From: Flavobacteriaceae bacterium
GTDB lineage: Bacteria; Bacteroidota; Bacteroidia; Flavobacteriales; Flavobacteriaceae
DNA length: 57,791 nucleotides
Direction: 5' to 3'
NCBI GenBank assembly: GCA_002690085.1
Contig: NZDM01000069.1
Coordinates: 1-57,791 of the forward strand
The notes under the pieces are model-generated. The model saw nothing but the letters and a program-made list of their open reading frames with translations. It did not search any database and was not told the DNA's origin. The translations under genes and the position numbers were made by a program. Shown in pieces: positions 26,576 through 36,048 of the stretch (position 1 is its first letter; every line of letters begins with the position of its first letter).

Positions 26576-28138
26576 ATGGAAATCAGACGTTTGCACAACA
26601 AAGCAGATCAGAATAATGAGTCTAATGGATTTCATATTCTTAAGTTTACTGCACCAGAAAGATCTGTAATTAGTTATCAACCCATGCATTGGGTGTTCTG
26701 TGTGGACAAATCAGGATCAATGTCAACGCTAAGTTTAAAAGATAATAAAACTAGATTGGATCATGTAAAATGCACATTGATAAGAATAGTAGAATACTTA
26801 CAAAGTTTATGTAATACAGTATCTCGGAGTTATGTCATAGATATAGTGTGGTTTAGTGGCGATATCCAAACTAGTAGTATTACGTTAGATGCAACCACTG
26901 ATACAGCTGGGTTTATAAAAGAAATCAATGATGTTACTGCAAATGGAATGACTAACATGTCGGCAGCGATTCGAAAAGCAACTAATCTTATATTGGAACA
27001 TCCAACAGAAATGAAGTCTACTATGGTAGTTTTAAGCGATGGCGAAATAACTGCTGGAATTAGTGACCCAAATTACATTCTTGAGTTTGTAAATGAATGT
27101 TACAATAAGCTAACTCAAAACTTCACACCAGTGTTTGTTGGATATGGTACTGAACAAAGTTCAAGTTTGCTATCAACACTTTCAAATACGCCAAATGGTG
27201 AATATCATTGTGTTGAAAGTGTCGAGGGAGCAGGAGTAGTATATGGCGAAATTGTACATAGTACTCTATATGAGTGCATTAAAGATATGAAAATTGATGT
27301 ATTAGGATACAAGATTTATGATTTTGAAAAAAATACATGGGAATCGTCTCTAACAGTTGGTAAAATTGCCAGTGGAGCAAAACGTGTGTGGCATCTTCGC
27401 GGTAATAATGATGAAAATTGTAGAATAGAAGTAAAGGCAACATTTCGTATGTTGAATATTATTGATACAGGTGATAGATGGTCTGAATGTATATTAACAA
27501 CAGCCAACCCTATAGAACCAGATATTAATACAACAGATCGTGAATGTTATACATACTATTTGCGTCAGCAAGTTCTAGAACTGCTTGCTGAATCAAAAGA
27601 ATACATAAAAAATATGCATAATTTGTTTAGAAGAAATACACCTCCGCCTGCTCCCAGACTTAGAAGACAGCCAATTAATCAATTAAACACGTTATCTATA
27701 CAGTCTCAGGATATTGATATTGATTTGTTTGAGCCGGCACCTACTTTGAGTCCAATAAGAATGAATGAAAATGGGGTATCCTTTGAATCGCCTCGTCCTC
27801 CTGTTCCAACTCCAGCTCAACTACTGAAGAAAAAACTTCTTGATAAAATGGATGAAATTAAGGCCTACATTATTCAAGACGGTGATGAAACAGGAATATT
27901 AGGTGCATTATGTGATGATTTGTATATATGCTCAATTGCACTGAAAAGTAGTAGAGGACTAACCTATATTCTAGCAAGACAAACATCACAGGGTAATCAA
28001 AGAGCATATAATGCTCTTGGTGTTGATGATTTAGAAGATGATTCGGACACCGATCATCAATTGTCAGATAATATGGTTTCTCCATACGCATCTCAGCAAG
28101 TAGGAGAAGTAATACGTGGTGTAAGTCAGCCGTTTTAA
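26576..28138 (+). CDS. von Willebrand factor A domain protein
   Basis: MIDAS DKSGSM, GMTN, VLSDG; AAAATTGA at 26524-31. Confidence 0.85.
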   Translation: MEIRRLHNKADQNNESNGFHILKFTAPERSVISYQPMHWVFCVDKSGSMSTLSLKDNKTRLDHVKCTLIRIVEYLQSLCNTVSRSYVIDIVWFSGDIQTSSITLDATTDTAGFIKEINDVTANGMTNMSAAIRKATNLILEHPTEMKSTMVVLSDGEITAGISDPNYILEFVNECYNKLTQNFTPVFVGYGTEQSSSLLSTLSNTPNGEYHCVESVEGAGVVYGEIVHSTLYECIKDMKIDVLGYKIYDFEKNTWESSLTVGKIASGAKRVWHLRGNNDENCRIEVKATFRMLNIIDTGDRWSECILTTANPIEPDINTTDRECYTYYLRQQVLELLAESKEYIKNMHNLFRRNTPPPAPRLRRQPINQLNTLSIQSQDIDIDLFEPAPTLSPIRMNENGVSFESPRPPVPTPAQLLKKKLLDKMDEIKAYIIQDGDETGILGALCDDLYICSIALKSSRGLTYILARQTSQGNQRAYNALGVDDLEDDSDTDHQLSDNMVSPYASQQVGEVIRGVSQPF

Positions 28139-28202
28139 CTTTCATAAGTGAAAAGCATTAGTTAAAAAAGATTAAATAATAGGTTTATAAGTATAAGTAT
28201 CT

Positions 28203-28505
28203 ATGTTAAGATTTTTGTTTAATCGCACTCATTATTCAAAAACTGCTTATAATAATGTAGTACTAAAAAGAAATTATTTTTCTCCTTTAAATCGTAACGA
28301 GCCCACGACACAAGACTGGTTTAATTTTATAACTACGTCTATAAACTGTGTTATTGTTACATCAATTTTGTGGGGCGTCGAATCATATAATGATAAACTT
28401 AAAATGATTGAGGATACTAATATTAAAATTAGTGAATTACTTATATCATATAAATTATTAGAGCGTAAATGCACCAAAAGTTATTCTGATACGCAGAATG
28501 ACTAA
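28203..28505 (+). CDS. Hypothetical single-TM protein
   Basis: 100 aa; Arg-containing, acid-free N-terminus (MLRFLFNRTHYSKT) and one TM segment. Confidence 0.5.
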   Translation: MLRFLFNRTHYSKTAYNNVVLKRNYFSPLNRNEPTTQDWFNFITTSINCVIVTSILWGVESYNDKLKMIEDTNIKISELLISYKLLERKCTKSYSDTQND

Positions 28506-28565
28506 TTAGAAAATTATTTGTTTTTTACACCATTACTTCAAATAATTTTCTTTGTTAATGTTACT

Positions 28566-29201
28566 ATGGCAGAGACAAAAGATGTTATTGTGGAAGTGCC
28601 TCCACACGAAGAAGCTATTTCTCATGGTGATGAGGAAACCGAAGCTATGCTTAAAAAGGCTGATGAAATTGTAGATAATGCATTAAATGAAGCTATTGAA
28701 AAAATAGAAAACAAAGTTGAAGATGCAGTAGACGAAATTAAAAATGAAGAGGTAAAAGTAGCGGCCCAAATTGCTATGACTGCTGTAAATCAAGTGATCG
28801 AAAACAAAGAAGAAATTATTGATAAAGCCACCGATAAAGTATTTGAAGGATTAGTAGAAAAAGCAAAGAAAGTAGGTGTTAAAAAATCAACACTTGCTCT
28901 TATTATTAAGTTTGTGATGGAAGCAGTTGAAGATACACCAGTAAAAGGTGCTGAACAAAAAGATTATGCTTTACGATTAATTAGAGCACTAGTTATGGAA
29001 CTAGCAGAAGGCGATGATAAAGAATATCTTTTAATTGCATTAGACAGTGGCAGTGTTGCAGATACAATTGATTTAATTGTTGCAGCAACAAGAGGAGAAC
29101 TAAATGTAAATATGGTTGTAGAAACTGCAACAACCAGTTGCTTACCATGTCTCATGAGCATTATGTCAAAAAAAAGTAAGAAAGAAAAAACTAATAAGTA
29201 A
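28566..29201 (+). CDS. Hypothetical helical protein
   Basis: ATG 28566 within ORF 28518..29201; C-terminal CLPC and basic tail. Confidence 0.7.
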   Translation: MAETKDVIVEVPPHEEAISHGDEETEAMLKKADEIVDNALNEAIEKIENKVEDAVDEIKNEEVKVAAQIAMTAVNQVIENKEEIIDKATDKVFEGLVEKAKKVGVKKSTLALIIKFVMEAVEDTPVKGAEQKDYALRLIRALVMELAEGDDKEYLLIALDSGSVADTIDLIVAATRGELNVNMVVETATTSCLPCLMSIMSKKSKKEKTNK

Positions 29202-29315
29202 ATTAAACAAAAAAACTGTAACTATTACATATGAGTTACAGTGTTTTTTCAGATAAAAATATATGGTCATGTGAAATCCACTCAGGGTGCCTATTTTCTA
29301 TTCCATGTGATTGTT

Positions 29316-30293
29316 CTAATTGCCAAAAGTATTCTGATTATCTTGCTGTGAGGAGTCAGCGTTATTCTCTACAGAATAATCTTCATCAAGAACTTCAAGA
29401 GAAGACACAGAATGTTGAGAAGAAGGCTCATCAGCTGACAATATGTTGTTCTCAGAAGACTGAGCACGATCATAATCAAATGAGGGAATCCTTGCACGCG
29501 TCACATATGAAGAAGAATTAAACAGATTAGTGCTATTATCGTTATAAATACTAGTATCAGTTATATCATAAACGTTTGATGAAAATAAACTAGTATTATT
29601 GGTGTTATTTATGTTTCTAGAAATATTTGAAATAATAGATGGATATGAGATATTACCACCACTTGTATGATTAATTACAACATTATTAAAGACTGATGGA
29701 CTAGTAAATGTCATTGCTAGTGCTCTCATAACATCATCATGATCATCATCTTCATGAACCACATTCGCAATTCTATGAGAAGATGGTCCAAATGGATGCG
29801 AACTAAGTCTTGGAAAAGTAAGCCTTCGAAGATTAACAGCTAGTGCATTGCGCGAGGCGATTAATTGCTCTCTATCATCATTCCATTCTTCTACACCAGG
29901 ACCTTCACGTCTTATCTCTTTTGACTCAAGTTTAAATCTACATACTGGGCATTCAGCTTTTTCTTCATTCAACCACTTATCTATTCCATCAGGCGTAAAA
30001 ATATGTCCACAGGGCAATTCTTTTACATCATCACCTATTTCAAATGGAATGTGAAAAATAGGACATGTATCATATTCATCATCTTTTGTAAACTTTCTAG
30101 TCTTTATTTGATTTTGTCCATCCTCAGAAAGTACATTTCTAACAGGGGACTCGTCATTTAAACTAGTAGCTAATACTCGATTATAATCTGCATCAGCTCC
30201 TGATCCAATCATCGCATTTACAAGACGATTAGATTGAATATTATTGCTAGCACCTATAAAAGCTGCCAAAGCATTTGTTGGAACTTCATCCAT
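29316..30293 (-). CDS. Degenerate RING-finger protein
   Basis: CPIF..LPCGHIFTPDGIDKWL..CPVCR; first ATG at 30293. Confidence 0.75.
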   Translation of the reverse strand: MDEVPTNALAAFIGASNNIQSNRLVNAMIGSGADADYNRVLATSLNDESPVRNVLSEDGQNQIKTRKFTKDDEYDTCPIFHIPFEIGDDVKELPCGHIFTPDGIDKWLNEEKAECPVCRFKLESKEIRREGPGVEEWNDDREQLIASRNALAVNLRRLTFPRLSSHPFGPSSHRIANVVHEDDDHDDVMRALAMTFTSPSVFNNVVINHTSGGNISYPSIISNISRNINNTNNTSLFSSNVYDITDTSIYNDNSTNLFNSSSYVTRARIPSFDYDRAQSSENNILSADEPSSQHSVSSLEVLDEDYSVENNADSSQQDNQNTFGN

Positions 30294-30353
30294 AGTACTA
30301 TCTATATTCAAGTAATGTTTTTAGCTAGATTTACTATAATACTAATTTAATTT

Positions 30354-30397
30354 TGTAAATATAATTTTCTTTTTAGTGAAGTAAAATTATATTTACA
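30354..30397. terminator. Perfect 15-bp hairpin (mimivirus-type 3'-end signal)
   Basis: TGTAAATATAATTTT/AAAATTATATTTACA downstream of the minus-strand stop at 30423. Confidence 0.7.
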
Positions 30398-30422
30398 GTG
30401 TTGTAGGCGTTACGATAAACAA

Positions 30423-32165
30423 TTAATAGTTCCAAGTCCATGAGTAACGTTCACTAGATAGCAACTTCTTCAAATTATCCCAAGCAGTAAGTTGCTTCAA
30501 TGTATCAATTCCACTTTCCATTACTGAAGATAGAACGCTTGCGTCGTACCCAGACATCATCACTGTGTTCTTGGAAGTTGTTGAACAAGGGGCACCGTTG
30601 GTTGTACGCATATTCCACCATACCATCGTTGGTGCACTATATGGTCTCTTATGACTGGTCTTCAAACCTGCCTCGTGGAACATTTTTTGAACAATCTCTT
30701 CCAGAATGCTATTGCCATGTCGTGATCCCTGATCCGCCTGCATATCAGAAAGTACAACCAAAACAATATCCTCAACCTCTTCTGGTGTCATATCTTTGTG
30801 GACACATGCATCACACAGAAGTTTAAAAGCTGATTCCATGTTAGTTGACGTACCAACACTGTGTGACATCTGTATAATTCCAGTAACCATCTCCTCAAGT
30901 GTGTCTTTGCCCTCAAGATTAATCCATGTTGGATTCTGAGAAAATGTCATAACACGCTTGCCAATTGTTGAGTTTTCGGCAATCTTGAGTGCAATTGCAG
31001 TAGCATCATACAATGGACAGTTTTCCCATGTCATAGATCCAGAGGTATCTAGAATAGGAACACAATTTGTTAGTACACTACCTGAATCTTCTTGCTGTTG
31101 CTTCCACATCAAATTATTGGTATCTTTTTCGCTCTGTGACATATAATTTGTTCCATATTTGCTTGATGTATACTGGGTCCAAAACTCTTTTACCATAGAT
31201 CCTGGACTTGTCCTAGCAGACTTAATTTTCTTCTCACCAGTCTTGCACGATTGCAGGTAATTGAGGTAGTTTTCACTACATAGAGTACGATCAGGCCTGT
31301 TTTTTGCATCACTATTAGTTCCTTCGCACATAAATGCCTTCTTTTGCTTTGACATAGTAATGCTTGTGCAATCCTTGCTAAAATCAATGTTTGCCCATGT
31401 ATTAGCACACTGATTGACTTGAACAGTACCAAGCTGCTTATTCAATTCAGCAAGTTTCTTACGGTATGCGCGCAACGAACTCTCTGTAGTGGCTCGAGGA
31501 GTAATAAGCGGTGCCAATACCTTAGCCTGCCATCCAAACTTAGATTTCTCACGAGGTAGCCAACGGGAAATAAGGGAATTATTATTTTTAAGCTTCATCT
31601 TTTCTTTGACAAGAGTAATAAGAACCTTAGGGATTGATGCTTGGTTGATACGCTCAATTGCTTGTCGGTCTGTCATGTTAGCGTTATCTTTGAATGTCTC
31701 TAGGATATATTTAAAATCCTTCCATGATCCATAACTGTGGACATGCTCAACTCCATACCTATCCTTAGCCATATCAGTATCAACGAGCAGTACAAGCAAA
31801 GGTGTCAGCTTGTTACTTACCATTGGTACATGGAAGTGAGGTTCCCAAACAGGCAGAAGGTTATAAAACAGTGCATACTCACCTTTCCCGCCACTAATAT
31901 CACGAGTTTGAAATAGCAATGCAGTAAGAAAATTAATCTGACTCTCGTCAAGACTTTTTACTGCATTATTAACCAAGTATGTATAAAGATTATTAAGTAC
32001 ATTAAGAGTTCCAGATCCTGTTTTCTTATTTACACGCACAAGCTGATAAAATAGCTTCGTGATTCCCTCCTCAAAGGAACGGGAACTCCAACCCTCCTGA
32101 TATTGTCCATTTTCTCCACGAATGCGAAGACTGAGGTTGTCGAGTCCTTGTGTAAGAGATGACAT
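30423..32165 (-). CDS. DUF2828-family protein (TROVE/Ro60-like helical domain plus C-terminal vWA)
   Basis: TRDISGGKGE, YGSWKD, WLPREK, ILDTSGSM, VLSDMQ, VWWN motifs. Confidence 0.8.
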   Translation of the reverse strand: MSSLTQGLDNLSLRIRGENGQYQEGWSSRSFEEGITKLFYQLVRVNKKTGSGTLNVLNNLYTYLVNNAVKSLDESQINFLTALLFQTRDISGGKGEYALFYNLLPVWEPHFHVPMVSNKLTPLLVLLVDTDMAKDRYGVEHVHSYGSWKDFKYILETFKDNANMTDRQAIERINQASIPKVLITLVKEKMKLKNNNSLISRWLPREKSKFGWQAKVLAPLITPRATTESSLRAYRKKLAELNKQLGTVQVNQCANTWANIDFSKDCTSITMSKQKKAFMCEGTNSDAKNRPDRTLCSENYLNYLQSCKTGEKKIKSARTSPGSMVKEFWTQYTSSKYGTNYMSQSEKDTNNLMWKQQQEDSGSVLTNCVPILDTSGSMTWENCPLYDATAIALKIAENSTIGKRVMTFSQNPTWINLEGKDTLEEMVTGIIQMSHSVGTSTNMESAFKLLCDACVHKDMTPEEVEDIVLVVLSDMQADQGSRHGNSILEEIVQKMFHEAGLKTSHKRPYSAPTMVWWNMRTTNGAPCSTTSKNTVMMSGYDASVLSSVMESGIDTLKQLTAWDNLKKLLSSERYSWTWNY

Positions 32166-32204
32166 GTTAATCTTAATTGGTGTATTTTCTTTAAACCAAT
32201 TATG

Positions 32205-32684
32205 TTATATCTTAGCCCGTCTTGTTTTTCGACGCTTATGTGTTATCTTTACTCGTTTGGTATGGCTTGTATTAGTCTTTGGTTTTAAAACAATATATAA
32301 GTGATTCACAGATTCAAGCTGTTTGATGCTTTTTTGAAAAATGATATCCTGTACATTTGCAATAACTTTAAAATGATCTCCCATTAAATCATGATTTATT
32401 ATTGCTTCGGGTGTAGAAATAAAATTAAACTTTAATAAAGCATATAATGAGTAATTTACACCATTAAGTTTTCTATTTTCTCTTAGCAAATTAACTAATG
32501 ATCTTCTATAAAGTATTGAATTGATAAGTTCAACACTTTCTTTTCTTGTAACACATATTTCATTATTACCATTTATATAAATAAATGTAACCCCAATTTT
32601 TTTAATATCACTCAGGTAAAAATCATCATATTTTTGTTCTATTTTTTCTTGAGAATTAAACCAAGTAAGATCTAGAGTTTCCAT
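32205..32684 (-). CDS. Hypothetical protein
   Basis: 159 aa with a basic C-terminus. Confidence 0.65.
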   Translation of the reverse strand: METLDLTWFNSQEKIEQKYDDFYLSDIKKIGVTFIYINGNNEICVTRKESVELINSILYRRSLVNLLRENRKLNGVNYSLYALLKFNFISTPEAIINHDLMGDHFKVIANVQDIIFQKSIKQLESVNHLYIVLKPKTNTSHTKRVKITHKRRKTRRAKI

Positions 32685-32725
32685 ACTAATGAAATATTAG
32701 ATAGTATTATCAAAAACTCACCGAA

Positions 32726-33424
32726 TTAATAATCTTCATCATATCCTTCACTATCATACTCTTCAACATATTCGTGATCTGATACATATTCCTCATCTTC
32801 ATCATCATCATCTCCATATTGATCACAATAATCATCGTAATATGGGTCCATTTCTCGTGAATAAGCTATATTACGTTCCAATGTTTCAAGCAGTTGTTCA
32901 CGGGCTTTGCGCTCTTCATGTTCACGCATTCTTCTAAAAAAATCAGATTCCGGTACAGAAGGCCCATGTTCATGTATAATTTCGCCATTATTACCTCTAA
33001 ATAGTCTTACCCATCCAGGCTTTAGTGGCTCCTTTTCTTTTGTTTCTACTTCATTTTCTTGTTTTTCAGTTGCAATCGTTGCAAAACTAGCCTTAACTTC
33101 TTTAGATTCACTATCTTCATTAGGTTCACTTTCTTGTTTTAGTGTGCTCAAACTTGGAAACAATTCTATATTTTGAGTATCAGGAGGAGGTGTGGGAGCT
33201 TTACGTCTATCCTCCACATCTGGAAGCCTCATACCTTCTTTTGGCTCACGTTGTCTATTTTTATTTCTCTTAGATGGTGGTACATATTTACTTTTATCTC
33301 TATTGCTACCGTTACTACTGGTAGTAGCAGTAGTATTACGTTGGTTTTGATTTGAAGAAAATGGGTTTTTCCTCTCGCCGGCTAGCGACTTAAATCTACC
33401 CTCAGGTGGCCTTTTAAAATCCAT
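32726..33424 (-). CDS. Largely disordered hypothetical protein
   Basis: 232 aa; KYVPPSKR and ELFPSL short motifs; acidic tail. Confidence 0.7.
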   Translation of the reverse strand: MDFKRPPEGRFKSLAGERKNPFSSNQNQRNTTATTSSNGSNRDKSKYVPPSKRNKNRQREPKEGMRLPDVEDRRKAPTPPPDTQNIELFPSLSTLKQESEPNEDSESKEVKASFATIATEKQENEVETKEKEPLKPGWVRLFRGNNGEIIHEHGPSVPESDFFRRMREHEERKAREQLLETLERNIAYSREMDPYYDDYCDQYGDDDDEDEEYVSDHEYVEEYDSEGYDEDY

Positions 33425-33530
33425 TACGTTGCTGTATAGTTGATTATAGTAATATAATATTACTAGGTTTAAGCGGTTTGATAAAATTGTTTGTTTAGTA
33501 AACCAATATAAAAATAATGTTATTACATTT

Positions 33531-33654
33531 CCTGGGAGTAAAGGATACTAACAGCGATTTATGTGTTACCTTATTTCTTTATATAGCTATAGTTCAGTTG
33601 ATAAACTTTTATAGTATCCTGTCCCCATTGACCGCAGGTAAGTGTAAACCCAGG
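33531..33654 (+). ncRNA. Putative pseudoknotted RNA (element D), related in core to element A
   Basis: CCTGGG 33531-36/CCCAGG 33649-54; AGGATACTA 33542-50/TAGTATCCT 33612-20; crossing TTACCT 33566-71/AGGTAA 33636-41; ACCGCAGGT shared with element A. Confidence 0.5.
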
Positions 33655-33720
33655 CTTAAAAATAATTCTTGGTTTACAAAAAAATTGAATCTAATGAGCA
33701 TGTATAAATTACATTCAAAT

Positions 33721-34032
33721 ATGGAGACATCAACTTTACCCAGTATATGCATACCGAGAGTATTTGCAAACATTACTCGAAAGGATGTAACAGATGCATT
33801 TGAAAAAATCCTCGGACGTAATTGTATCGATAGAATTGATATGATTTACAGGCGTGATGGATTTGACGGTTATCAAAGAGTGTTTGTCCACTTTAAAAAT
33901 ATCATTGCATCGGAGAATTATAATATAATGGCCACCCGTCTTGCTAATGGAGATGATGTAAAGGTTGTTTATTCTGAACCATGGTTTTGGAAATGCTCTG
34001 TAAGCCGTGTACCTAAACCCAAAAGGTATTAA
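33721..34032 (+). CDS. Putative RRM-like protein, paralog of 24788..25648
   Basis: SICIPRV..IDRIDM..RVFVHF..WFW; AAAATTGA at 33681-88 supports a start near 33721 rather than 33517. Confidence 0.7.
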   Translation: METSTLPSICIPRVFANITRKDVTDAFEKILGRNCIDRIDMIYRRDGFDGYQRVFVHFKNIIASENYNIMATRLANGDDVKVVYSEPWFWKCSVSRVPKPKRY

Positions 34033-34069
34033 GTTTGCAAACTCATTTTTATTTTGACTATTCATAGTA

Positions 34070-34576
34070 ATGGACACAATAAATGAAATACTTACATCTA
34101 CCTTAAATGATAGCGGTATAGATGTTGGAGAAAAACTAGGGAATCTCTCTAAAAAAAGGTTACCATATGATCGATGTGTAAGAATGATTCTAGATATTGG
34201 TGCACAAATAGAAAGATTGAAAGAGGCTGGTTATGGTGTTCTTAGTATTGATTTAACTCAGGTAAAAGAAACAAGTTCTGGAGCTTTTATTTTGGATATC
34301 AAGAGAGATAAATACTATAAATGTACATCCTCTGGTATGTTAGATTTAACTAGACCTTTTAAAAAAAATAAAAATATGGCACCAGAAATAGATAGTATAG
34401 ATGCATTACCATCCGAAACCTATTACACTGCAGCTTTTTATTCTATGGGACATTTAGCTTGTGATGTTTTAGGTATAGAACGAGATATTACCTTACTAAA
34501 ACCAACTAAGTTATATTTCTTATTAGAGAGATGCATGAATAATGATCCTACTTCACGTGTTTTCCTGTTCATTTAA
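34070..34576 (+). CDS. Truncated protein kinase-like protein (C-lobe remnant)
   Basis: MAPE, FYSMG, LLERCMNNDPTSR resemble kinase subdomains VIII-XI; no Gly-loop, HRD or DFG. Confidence 0.5.
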   Translation: MDTINEILTSTLNDSGIDVGEKLGNLSKKRLPYDRCVRMILDIGAQIERLKEAGYGVLSIDLTQVKETSSGAFILDIKRDKYYKCTSSGMLDLTRPFKKNKNMAPEIDSIDALPSETYYTAAFYSMGHLACDVLGIERDITLLKPTKLYFLLERCMNNDPTSRVFLFI

Positions 34577-34594
34577 TTTCTACAGATATTCTAT

Positions 34595-35209
34595 ATGAAC
34601 TCTCGTAAGTATCAACGTTATTTCAAACCAATATCTTCGACTTCTTTTTCAACTGCTGGTACAATTCGAAACCAAGGACGGGTGGGTCAAACATCTTTAT
34701 CAAGATCTTTGGTACACACTCCTTTTAAAGGTGATGCTCCCGTAGGACATGGATCTAATGTACAAACTGGTTATCCAAAGAGTATTGTTAATTCTTGTAA
34801 TAAAAGTTCTAACTCTGATGGACAAACAAATATGACAAACAAAGGTGTAATTCTCTCTAGAGTAGTTAACCCAACCTCAGTTTACAACAATAGTTGTATT
34901 GAAAATCCATGCAACAAACCTACTTTTAAAAATACATCCGCGGAATACCACAGTTCAGGTTCTTTAACGCGCAGAAATGTTAACCAGCTTATGGCTCTTC
35001 AATATAATGTATTAGATGGTTCTATTGCTAAGAGTGGAGGTAATCTTTCTCATCCTAGGTCACAACCATCACAAACAGTATTACAAGGGCCTCTTCCAAT
35101 TGCAAAAAATGTAGCACCTATGTCTTCCGGTGATTATATTAGAACTGCACTCCCTTATAAAACATGTATGGATAATGCCAAAGAAGATTGTATAGTGTCT
35201 GGAAATTAA
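34595..35209 (+). CDS. Hypothetical protein, paralog of 35284..36048
   Basis: Shared GTxRNxGRxG, TxFxGxAPVGHG, TGYP and TNKG motifs. Confidence 0.7.
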   Translation: MNSRKYQRYFKPISSTSFSTAGTIRNQGRVGQTSLSRSLVHTPFKGDAPVGHGSNVQTGYPKSIVNSCNKSSNSDGQTNMTNKGVILSRVVNPTSVYNNSCIENPCNKPTFKNTSAEYHSSGSLTRRNVNQLMALQYNVLDGSIAKSGGNLSHPRSQPSQTVLQGPLPIAKNVAPMSSGDYIRTALPYKTCMDNAKEDCIVSGN

Positions 35210-35214
35210 TATTT

Positions 35215-35247
35215 GACCATATTTTATTTATGAAACAAGATATGGTC
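35215..35247. terminator. Hairpin after the stop at 35209
   Basis: GACCATAT/ATATGGTC stem. Confidence 0.5.
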
Positions 35248-35283
35248 CCAATATAAACAATCTTTATTTATGATATACAAGAA

Positions 35284-36048
35284 ATGTCAGTTGTAATGAT
35301 GCAACGAAAATTAAAAGCAAAACAAAATATGTCAAGGGGTACAGATGGATTTTCTATCAAAGGCACACGCAGAAACCTAGGCAGAATCGGTTCAGATAGC
35401 AAAAACTCGACGATCAGGACTATTTTTAGAGGTACTGCACCTGTAGGACATGGTGCAAATCCAATAACAGGATATCCTGTTGAAATACTTTGTAATAATG
35501 GATTAAATTGTTCAGGTTCTACGTGTGAACAAACATCAACATTGACTAATAAAGGATACATAGAAAGTCATTTAATTAATAATATAGATTGTGGTGATAA
35601 ATGTATAGCTAATTGGGTTAAAAGTTTTAATCCATTAGAACACTCTCAAGGATCGTATATTCGAAGAATAAAAGTACATAGAAAAGGTTGTGAAACAGAA
35701 AGAAGCGAAGAAAATTATTCAAATGAAACATCATGTATTGATGATTGTGTAAATACATATTTTATTGGAACTAGAAAGATTTCAAGAGATACCTATCATA
35801 AATCTACTCATGGAGCAATTACATCTGGAGAATATATTGAAATTGATTTACTAAAAAATAATTGTTTACCAGATGCTGCATGTAAAAAACCTTTTCCATT
35901 TGTTTTAACAAGAGATGGTTGCAGAAAAGAATATTATACTCCAGAAGAAGCTATTGCTGATGGGCTATTACCAAAAGATTGGATGAACTGTAAAACAAAA
36001 TATCCTACAAGTCATCATTGGCGATCAATATTAAACCCTTATTTATGA
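35284..36048 (+). CDS. Cys-rich hypothetical protein, paralog of 34595..35209
   Basis: Same shared motifs; many Cys residues. Confidence 0.7.
   Translation: MSVVMMQRKLKAKQNMSRGTDGFSIKGTRRNLGRIGSDSKNSTIRTIFRGTAPVGHGANPITGYPVEILCNNGLNCSGSTCEQTSTLTNKGYIESHLINNIDCGDKCIANWVKSFNPLEHSQGSYIRRIKVHRKGCETERSEENYSNETSCIDDCVNTYFIGTRKISRDTYHKSTHGAITSGEYIEIDLLKNNCLPDAACKKPFPFVLTRDGCRKEYYTPEEAIADGLLPKDWMNCKTKYPTSHHWRSILNPYL

Noticed and set aside
33517-33720. N-terminal extension of ORF 33517..34032
   Set aside because: Most of it lies upstream of the AAAATTGA at 33681 and overlaps element D; similarity to the paralog starts after ATG 33721.
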